This document shows, piece after piece, positions 54,484 through 64,000 of a DNA stretch of 64,000 bases. Position 1 is the stretch's first letter. Each line of letters opens with the position of its first letter. The position numbers were made by a program, and so were the translations under genes. Under the pieces are notes generated by a model that did not search any database, was not told where the DNA came from, and saw only the letters and a list, made by a program, of their open reading frames with translations. Source of the stretch: Octopus sinensis (lineage: Eukaryota); assembly GCF_006345805.1 (NCBI RefSeq), contig NC_043011.1:57052464-57116463 (forward strand). The letters run 5' to 3'.

Positions 54484-54872
54484 AATCATGCTCACATGGG
54501 TCAGACAGGATTTTGTTGAAGTGGATTTTCTATGACCAGATGCCTTTCCTGTCAACAACCCTCACCTGTCTCCAAGTCAGGTAATGTTTCCTCCCTAACT
54601 AGACATCTTTCCACAGAAGATTAGGAATGAGAAGGACACTGCTTGCGTGACAGTGAGATTTGTTTACAATTATCATTCACCATCAAGGCAAAGAGACAAT
54701 AGTGTTCACACACACACACACACACACACAACAGGCTTGTTTCAATTTCCATCAACCAAATCCACTTACAAGATTTGATTGGCTTGGGGTTACAGTCGAA
54801 GACACTATACAGTAAGATTGAACTCGGAACCATGTGGTTGGGACATAAACTTCTTACTATGCAGCCACACCT
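54484..54872 (-). mobile_element. CORE-headed SINE with RTE-like tail
   Basis: Head at 54730-54872, (CA)n spacer, then a body with (plus strand) gatgcctttcctgtcaacaaccctcacctg. Confidence 0.7.
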
Positions 54873-55357
54873 GAGTCATAATATAGGCTTATAAATACAG
54901 AATCCATGAAAAAAAAAATGTACACAAACTTCAGCAAAGGAAAAATCTGTATAAATATTTTTATTCAGTGTTATTGCACTATTCAGTATTTGCCCTATGA
55001 CCCGGCAACGCCAGGTCATAGTGCTAGTGCATGCATATACAGCTGTATGCATGCGCACATACATGCGAGTACTGTCCAAATCTCCGATCAATCACTTACA
55101 GCTAGCTGGCATTCAATTGGCATATCAAGTTTCAGGCATTTTGATTGGGTTTTGGATAGAAAATTCACAAAAAGTCACTTCTATTGATTTTTTAATGGCT
55201 TTGCAGGGTGACTGGGGAAATGTAAATATGTGCACGACCACCCTTGGACGGTATTGAATGACCATAGAAAGTGCAAGCCCTTGAACTGAAAAATTGTGGA
55301 CTTGTATAAAGGACACACACACAGACGTTTTGCTGTTTATATATATAGAGATAATCA

Positions 55358-56912
55358 TCTCTTATTATAAAAGGCAGATTTTATCTGCCTCCCTTTGGGA
55401 GTTATAGAAATCTACAATATAGGATTTCTTCAATTACAATTTACCTACCATTTTTAAGAGTAGAATGCATCGCGTCATGCCAGGTCCAGTTTTTAAAATT
55501 TAAACTCCAATTAAGCAAAATTTACAGAAAACTCACATTCTGGTGTGTGTGTCAAATGCTTTTCTTAGTCTGGTTTACACCACACGCAAACGCACACACA
55601 CAGTGTGCAACGAATAAAATGAAAGTAAATAGCGACAGAGTGATTTGAGGAAGACTAAACTGAAAGTATTTAAACCACTACTCAAAAAATAAAAAAACAC
55701 AGCAAACAGAAACAAATAAATACATAACCATTTACTCCTCACACAATTTCTTCAATTAGAATTTACCTAAGATTTTTCAGAGTACTTCAGTGGGTGATGC
55801 CATAAAAAATTTCTTTCAATTTTACCACCAATTAGACAAAATTCGAGAAAACTCAATATTTTAACATATCACTCCAAAAGCATTGATGTACATGTGTGCA
55901 TGCGTGAGTGTGTGTGTGTCATTCCTCACACACACGCATACACATACATATACAACTACATACACATACAACTACATACAAACACGTGTGTGTTTGTTAT
56001 TAGTAAAAAAGGCGCCAAAACTCAACTCACTTATCATTCCAACACATTTGCAAAGACACATGGACGGACAGAAAAGGTAAATTGGTTTTTATTTTACTCT
56101 GTATATATTTTATTATATAATATTATATATAGATATATGTATATATAATTGCAGTATGAAACAGTGTTTATGTATAAACAGACGACACTTATATATAGTT
56201 ACCAAGCCGCCCGAATTTACCTATTCATATTTAAATGAGAATATCAGAGCAAATCTCTTTAGTACATTCGTGAAAACACGTATTATACTTCGTAAACACT
56301 TCAACTACAGTTTTGTACAAAAATCGAAGTGTAATTTTAATTCCGTGAATTATGGGAGATTTTTTTCCGAAATTTGTTCCTATTGTGTTTTCAAAATTTG
56401 TAATTCTGACAAAAAATGGATACGAATTTCATTATATCAAGCAGCGAGTCAGAATTCGAAGGATTTTCTACTGAAGACCTTCATAAATCTAACTCTATGA
56501 CTGAAAAAAAAAAAGCATCTTTATATAAGAGTGAAGTTGTGTGTCTGTCTCCTACGATTTAGATTCCTAACTACTCCCACATTTTGCGGTGCAGTTTAAC
56601 CAAAAGCGGGTATCTTATAGTCGTGATTCATATCGAGCCCTTCTGGGTATTAGCGTGCGTCTACGATGAGTCTACGATTTAAAAAAAATTTACCATCATA
56701 TTTTTCCATTTTAATGCATTTTTTTCGCTTTTATATAAGGGAAGTAACTCTCTAAAAATATCTACGATGTGTCAACGATTTAAAAAAAAATTTACCTTAA
56801 TTTTTTTTCAATTTTTAATGCATTTTTTTGCTATTTTTTGGCTATAATTCTCTAAAAATGCTTATATAGTTATTTCCCTTACAACCCGAGCAACGCCGGG
56901 CGATACTGCTAG
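55358..56912 (+). mobile_element. Non-autonomous Helitron (composite)
   Basis: A|TC start; 3' GC hairpin cccgagcaacgccggg followed by CTAG|T at 56909-56913; no TSD; internal tandem duplications; more CpG than flanks. The outer 5' boundary is less certain. Confidence 0.8.
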
Positions 56913-57692
56913 TAATTTGATAAAACATTTAAAGGGGTATTTATAAGAGTTAAATATTTATACAGATTTTTCCTTTCCTGAAGTGTGTCTACATTTTTTT
57001 GATGGATTCTGTATATAACAAGAAACTTAACAGAAATTGGATGTGATTGGTCACACTGCTCGTGTCCAGTCACTGGTCTGATTACAGATTAGATTTAGCA
57101 CCTGTTCCAAATCTCTGAGCTTTAAGTTCAAAACCTGCTTAGGTCAACTTTGAATTTTGTTCTTTTGAGATTCATTAAAAAAAAAAAAAAAAAAGCATGA
57201 AGTTAGGGCAGCTACGAGTTGGCAGAATTGTTAATGTTGAACAGGATACCCTCTACATTCTGTGGCAATGCCTGCAACAACAACATCAGGACCAAATTGT
57301 ACTGACCTTGCCTGTCCCACACTAGAATGGAGAGAGAAAACTTGCAAGCAATAGCCACCAACTAATCTTAACCGACCCCCACACCAGCAACCATCCCCCT
57401 CAAAAAAACCCCTTGATCAAGCTTGCAGCATGGACAGGCACTTTCTAGGTGCCCATACTGTGTATAATTAGATGACAAAGGTCATTGATTTTATATATAT
57501 ATATATATATATATTTGTGTGTATGTGTAGATATGCACTGGGGTGTAATTTCTACAGCAGTGATGGCTTTTCATTTTAACATTTGTTCAGTTTCAGCATC
57601 AGTACAATGGTTTTTTTCATTCTTCAAATAACTATTCTGACTGCTGCATCTATATATTGATTTATAGAGTTCATTGACTTCCACACGAATTT

Positions 57693-57729
<37 letters not shown>

Positions 57730-59164
57730 AAGCAAAATAGAGAACTAGATAGGGAGACGGTTATTAGTTTGAAAAATATGTTGAGCGAGAAACGAGAGAG
57801 AAATTCAGGGAGAAAGAGAGTGAGAGGCAGTTATTGGAGCTGGCAACCAGCTAAAAGTATCAATGTACTGTAGACACACTGTTGATTCCAACTCGGTCTA
57901 ATAGAGCTTTCCAAAATTAATTTCCTGGATTTAGTAATTCCAAAATTGCTCAATGAAATAACCGAGAGAAAAAGAAAGAGAGAGAGAGAAAGTGTGTGTT
58001 GATTAACTTTATTAATAATGGCTCAAAAACACAGATTGTTTCCATTTGTATTATTGTTGAGCCTAGTCTTGTTTATTAAACACTTAAGATGTGTTCAAGT
58101 CAAGGATTCAGAGCTGATGATGATCCGTTTCTTAATAAAAGTGCAAGACATATAAAATTCGAGGGAGGGGATTGGTTGATATTACAGACGCCAGTACTTG
58201 AATGGTACTCTATTCTATCAACTCTGGAGGGATGAATAGCAAAGTTGAACTTAGCAGGAATTGAATTCAGAATATAAAGAGCTTAAACAAATACTGCAAG
58301 TCCTTTTCCCTCCGATGGAATAATATAAAACTGTGGTTAGTATATTTTTATATATATAACACACACACACGCACAGAAGCATATATATACACACACTGAT
58401 GCATACGCACATACACATTAAAAATTAAAAACACAAAATAAAATATAAACGATGATGAGTTTATTAGAAATGAAATTGTAATGCTTTCATGTAACAATTA
58501 CATATTGTAGTTTTGGTAATGGAGAGAGAGAGGGAAAGAGAGACTGAAAAAAACCCCCAAAAAACAAGAGAGAGAGAGAGAGAGAGAGAATGAAATAGAA
58601 AGAAAATTAATAGTAAATATTTCCATTCTGTGCATTGGAAGCAAGATAAATGCTGGGACAGAATTAAAAATAAAAAAAAAAAACTTCCCCATTATGTATA
58701 ATAAAATGGCTCATGAATTCATTGGCAGCTGAGTAGCAGAGATATGAATAAAGCTATCTTTCTGTTAAAGCAGCATCCACCTGTGTCCGGATGTGGTGTA
58801 AAGGGATGAGGAGAGAAGGTGGTGGAGTAGTTTCTGTTTTGTTTTGTCTTATCCAATTGGTATTATAACTTGATATTTATTGGAGGGGGAGGAGGGAAAG
58901 AAGGGCAAATAAGTTCTGCTTCTTTATGCTTTTCGCAAGGGCATTTGCAGCAATTTGCCGAGAGATGAATGTAAGCTGGTCGTTGAGCTCAGTTCTGCTA
59001 CTTATTTTATCGATTCCTATTTTATTCCAACTCACTTTGTAACAATGAAAGCCAATGTAAAAACTATGGTGCAATTTGAACTCAAAACATAAAAGGATTG
59101 AACCCAAATACCACAAGAGTTTTGCTCAATGCTCGACTGATTCTGCAAGCCACATGTTGCCAAA

Positions 59165-59393
59165 ACTAATGCTTCCTACCAAACTGCCTGAAACTGCTCC
59201 AGATTCTACGGTACAAACTTCCTGTTTTCAAGTGATTTAAATTAAAACCTTCCACCAAAATTTCATGATTAATTTATGTTCCAAACACCAGCTTAATAAT
59301 TACAGTGATTTCACTAAATTCCTTATCGTTTTCCAAAATTAACTGAAATAAAGGCAATTTATATCAACAAAAATATGGTGTCAAAAGGATTAA
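59165..59393. mobile_element. Older TTAA MITE copy; another copy at about 59715-60145 is interrupted by a SINE
   Basis: cctgaaac..gtacaaacttcctgtttt..aattaaaaccttccaccaaa..aaaaggaTTAA. Confidence 0.65.
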
Positions 59394-59470
59394 TAGCAGT
59401 CTTAAAACTTTTATGATTTCAAGTTGTGGTCGAATGAGAGAGACTGGTAGTTCTTAACTGAGAATAATTA

Positions 59471-59699
59471 TGGGCATATGGCGTAGTGGTTAAGAGCATG
59501 AGCTACTAACACCAAGATTCCAAGTTTGATTCCAGGCAGTGACCTGAATTATAATAATATGGAAAAATACCTTAGGAATGAGAACCCAGGTTTGAAATTA
59601 CCCCAAGACACTTGATGAATGCTGGAGGGTATATCAGCCGAAATGTTGTGTTAGCAACAAACAAGATGAGGACAAATATCCATCAAATGTAAATAATGG
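59471..59699 (+). mobile_element. tRNA-headed SINE with a decayed hammerhead ribozyme in its tail; 11-bp TSD
   Basis: A box TGGCGTAGTGG 59479-59489; B box GTTTGATTCC 59524-59533; hammerhead-like 59609-59650; TSD GAGAATAATTA at 59460-59470 and 59700-59710. Confidence 0.8.
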
Positions 59700-60494
59700 G
59701 AGAATAATTAATTCCTAATCATTCTTCAGTAGTGCTTTTGATTCCAACCTGTCCAAGACCGTTCTGGTACAAACCATGGTACAAACTTCCTATTTTAAAG
59801 AGATCTAAATTAAAATTTCTCATTAAAATTTCAGGTTAATTTATGTTCCAAAAATCAGTTTAATAATGGCTTCAAATTTTGACACAAGGCCAGCGATTTA
59901 AAGATGGGGTGGGGGGTAAGTTGATTTCATTGACCCCAGTATTCAACTGGTACTTTATTCATCCCAGAAGAATGAAAGGTAAAACTGACCTCAGAACAAA
60001 GATGAGTGAAATGCCGCAATGCATTCGGTCATGATTTTGTGAGCTTGTGGCCTTAAATCAACTTAATCACAAATTATTTACAATTTTCTCCATAATTTTC
60101 AGAATTAATTAAAATAAAGAAGGTGTATTTCAACAGAAATAACAAAAGAACCAACAGAGAACTTGTACAGTTGACAGTGCTGAGTAAAAGAGGTTGGGGT
60201 TTGCTACATCTTGACAATATATTTTAGCTTTTGGTTTGGTTGACAGTTGAGTCTCTCTGCTTGGGCATCCTTTTTGGGCAGCACTGAGTCAGGTTCAAAT
60301 AGGTACAAAGTTTTGAAAAAATTATGAAAATTAAATTTTTCATTTTTGTTACAGAAAATTCTTGAAAAGATATAAAACCTTGTAACACAGGAAGCTCAGA
60401 AAGTGAGAATTGTCTGTAAATGGATTCTTAGACATATATTAATGGCAGTCAGAACAGAAGCAGCTGGATTATTTGAGAAATATGAAGAAATAGG

Positions 60495-61420
60495 CACAAG
60501 CGGGACTGTGTGGTAAGAAACCTGCTTCTTAACCACATAGTTCTGGGTTTAATTCCACAGTGTAAACCTTTGGCAAGTGTCTTCAACTATAGCCTTGGGC
60601 CAACCAAAGGCTTGTGAGTGGATTTGGTAGACGGAAACTGAAAGAAGCTCATCGTATACATATAAACCAAAAGTAACCATTACACTTTTGGAGTGGTTGG
60701 CATCAGGAAGGGCATCCAGCTGTAGAGACCACGCCAAATCAGAGTAGAGTCTGGTGCAGCCTCTCAGCTTGCCAACACTGGTCAAACCATCCAACCCGTG
60801 CCAACATGGACAACAGACGTTAAATGATGATGATATGTATATCTAGGTGTGTGTTTGTCCTCCCATCACTACTTGACAACCAGTGTTAGTGTGTTTATAT
60901 CCCTGTAAATTAGCAGTTTAGCAAGAGAGACTGATAGAATAAGTACCAGGCTTTTAAAAAAATTCAAGGTGGTGTTTCAGCATGGCTGCAGTCTAAAGCC
61001 TGAAACAAGATATAAAAGATAAAAATAGGTCCAGGCATGGCTGTGTGGTTAAGAAAACCACATGGTCTTGGGTCCAGTTCCACTGCATGGCACCCTGGGC
61101 AAGTGTCTTCTACTATAGCCCCAAGCTGACCAATGCTTTGTGAGTGAATTTGGTGGGTGGAAACTGTGTGGAAGCTCATTGTGCATGTATATGTGTCTTT
61201 GTGTTTGTCCCATCCCCCATCATTGCTTGGCAACTGGTGTTAGTTTGTTTATATCCCTGTAATTTATCAGTCTCGGCAAAAGAGGCCAATAGAGTAAGTA
61301 CTAAAAATTGTTTTATTTTTCCTTTAAAAGTACTGGGATCAATTTGTTGAATTAAAACTCTTCAAGGTGGTGCCCCAGCATGGCCACAGTCAGATGACTG
61401 AAACAAGTCATAAGAAGACA
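60495..61420 (+). mobile_element. Two tandem CORE-like SINEs, the first with an RTE 3' fragment (about 60680-60835) nested in its microsatellite
   Basis: Heads at about 60495 and 61030; ggagtggttggcatcaggaagggcatccagc..gacgttaaatgatgatga interrupts the first copy. Confidence 0.78.
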
Positions 61421-62297
61421 AAAGAAGATAAATATGGAATAGAGAACTATAAGAAACTGGAGAAGATAACGGTAGAAGGAATAAAAGTGCAGGTGAAATA
61501 GACGAATTCTAATAATGGAAAACTTTGGTATTTTGATATTAACAACTGACTGCTAATAAGAATAACCAAATTCCTAGCAGTTAATAACAAAAACAAAACA
61601 AAACAGCAAAAGAAAATATATAAATAAAAGCTTCCGCTATCATTCCAAGAATCTCCAGCTTAGAGAAGGATGTAAAGCTAAAAGGAAGAAGCTGAATATC
61701 TTCCAAAAACTGGCAGCTAGCTATGTCTATTCCAGATTCTAAATTGTCAATGTTAAATATTGGTGACCCTCATCTTATGTAATCAGGTGAAGAACATTAT
61801 GAAATGGAACGGATGGTTGAAGATTATTGAGGAATACCAGGGAAACATTTGTGAAAGATCACAAATTTGCCAGCTGAAATTTTCTCTTTCAAATAGTACA
61901 GAGTTTTATAGGATGGTCCCACCTGTAGCTGAGATAGCATTCTCACCCTGGGGTTTTGGAAATAACATTCTTTTGATGGTCTTCGTCATTGGATTGTAGA
62001 CATGCTGGGGTACCAGCTTCAAAGGATTTACTCAATTATTGATTCCACCCAACCTATGGAAGTGAGATGTTAAACAATGATGATGATGATTACAGAGAGA
62101 GAGAGAGAGAAAAAAAGAGAGAGAGAGATCATTATTTAATGGCAGTTATCCAATGGGTTGGATGGTTTGACAGGAGGTGGAAAGTCAAAGGACTGCAACA
62201 AGACCCACTGTTTGTTTTGGCATAGCTTTTACAGCTGGATGCCCTTCTTGACACCAGCCACTTTACAGAGTGGACTAGGTGCTTTTTACCTGGTACT

Positions 62298-63892
62298 CAT
62301 CATCATCATCGTTTAACATCTGCTTGCCATTCTGGCATGGATTGGACAATTTGACTGAGGACTGGCGAGCCAGATGGCTGCACCAGACTCCAATCTGATC
62401 TGGCAGAGTTTCTACAGCTGGATGCCCTTCCTAATGCCAACCACTCCAAGAGTGTAGTGGGTGCTTTTATGTGCCACCAGCATGAGGACCAGTAAGGCAG
62501 TATTAGCAACAGCTACGCTCAAATGGTGTTTTTTACATGCCACCAGCACAGGAGTTAGTCCAGCGGCACTGGCAGCGACCTCACTTGAATATTTTTTTCA
62601 CGTGCCACTGATGCAATGCTGGCAATGATCATGCTCGAATGGTGCTTTTTACATACCACCGGCATGGAAGCCAGTCAGCTGCCTTGGCAACGATCATGCT
62701 TGGATGGTGCTCTTAGTGCTCCACTAGCACAGATGCCAGTCATGCTGTGCTATCGCTGAATTTGATTTCGATTTCATTTGCCTCAACAGGTCTTCACAAG
62801 CAGAGTTTAGTGTACAATGAAGGAAAGGTATACATAAGTGGGCTGGTTACACCCCTGGCATAGGCCACAGGTTAGGGTCTCACTTGGCTTGCTGGGTCTT
62901 CTTAAGCACAGCATATTTCCAAAGGTCTCAGTCACAAGTCATTGCCTCGGTGAGGCCTAATGTTCGAAAGTTGTGCTTCACCAACTTATTCCATGTCTTC
63001 TTGGGTTTATCTCTTCCACAGGTCCCCTAGGGTGTGGCATTTTTCACACAGCTATCCTCATCCATTCTCACATGACCATACCAGCACAGTCGTCTCTCTT
63101 GCACATAACATCTCTCAAGGTACTTACACTGTTGAATATGCACACTGACATTACACATTCATCAGAGCATTTATAAGCAGCCATCTTTCCCCTTTTCTGG
63201 TGAGGATGTAGTCAATTTGGCTAGTAAGTCTGCCAGAATGGTAGGTGACTGGCAGGTTTCCTGAAGTTAGTATTGCAAACCATAAGAACATTTGCATCAC
63301 AGAACTCCAGCAGCCTGGTTCCCGCCTCATTGCAGGAACCAAAACCATGTATGCCAGGGAAGCCCCCTCTATGTTGTCCAACATGTCCATTGAAGTCACT
63401 AGCCACAAAGAGAAAGTCCCTGTCATTCGTCAACAAGGTAGTTTGCAAGAGGGTGTCATAAAATCAGGCTTTCTGTCCATCAGGTAGCCCCGGCTGAGAT
63501 AATGGTTGCTAACCCATGATGAAGCACTAATCTAATCTTAAGTATTCTTACCTGCACACTATATTTCGGTTGTTGACTTTCACTTTACTAACAGCGTCCC
63601 TGTACATGGTTTGGATAGCTCTCACCAACCACCCATCTACCCTTAACTTCTGCATTGACCACCAAATGAGGGAGCAAGGGATTCTCACAAAGGTTTTCTC
63701 CATATTGACAAAGGTCATGAACAGCAGTTTATTCTTTGTCCAAATGCTTTTCCTCGAGTTGCTTTATTAGGAAAAGAACATCAATAGAGCTTCATCCTGG
63801 CACAAAACAAAAAACTTCATCTCATCTAGGTTAAACCCCTTTCTAATTAGTTGAGCTGTGACCCTTTCTGTAACTTTCAAGACCTTGTAACT
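62298..63892 (-). mobile_element. Rearranged RTE LINE: RT fragment, AP-endonuclease fragment, C-terminus and 3' UTR
   Basis: RT: VLKVTERVTAQLIR..LDEM..FVPG..QLEEK..FVNMEKTFVRIPCSLIWWSMQKL (63892-63570); EN: SDFNGHVG, GTRLLEFC, SQIDYILTRK (63568-63165); then MCNVSVH, C-terminus and (GAT)n tail. Confidence 0.85.
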
Positions 63893-64000
63893 CATATCTA
63901 AACACAGAAAAATAAAATGCTATGACAAAAGAAAAATTCTTATAATGAAACTGAATCTAATAACCTTTGAATTGAAATAACCACATTGGCTGTCAAGGCT

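Overview
AT-rich, repeat-dense animal genomic DNA; the SINE/LINE repertoire suggests an octopus or other coleoid cephalopod (inference). It holds two convergent spliced genes: the last four coding exons of THOC3 (TREX subunit Tex1, + strand, 697-4216) and coding exons 2-3 of a UBTD1/UBTD2-family gene (- strand, 38622-38386 and 24850-24453). The first UBTD exon was not found and probably lies beyond 64000. The rest is intronic or intergenic sequence filled with decayed mobile elements: a DD34D mariner, a DD41D Tc1/mariner, RTE and CR1 LINE pieces, tRNA-derived SINEs, TTAA MITEs and a composite non-autonomous Helitron. The most notable observations are a TSD-flanked tRNA-headed SINE carrying a decayed hammerhead ribozyme, a near-intact minimal hammerhead nested in a SINE, a twin-priming 5' inversion in an RTE-like LINE, a domain-scrambled RTE, and a PHD-like finger inside RTE ORF2. 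Most ORFs in the supplied track are spurious. Repeat boundaries are approximate unless a TSD or TIR is quoted.
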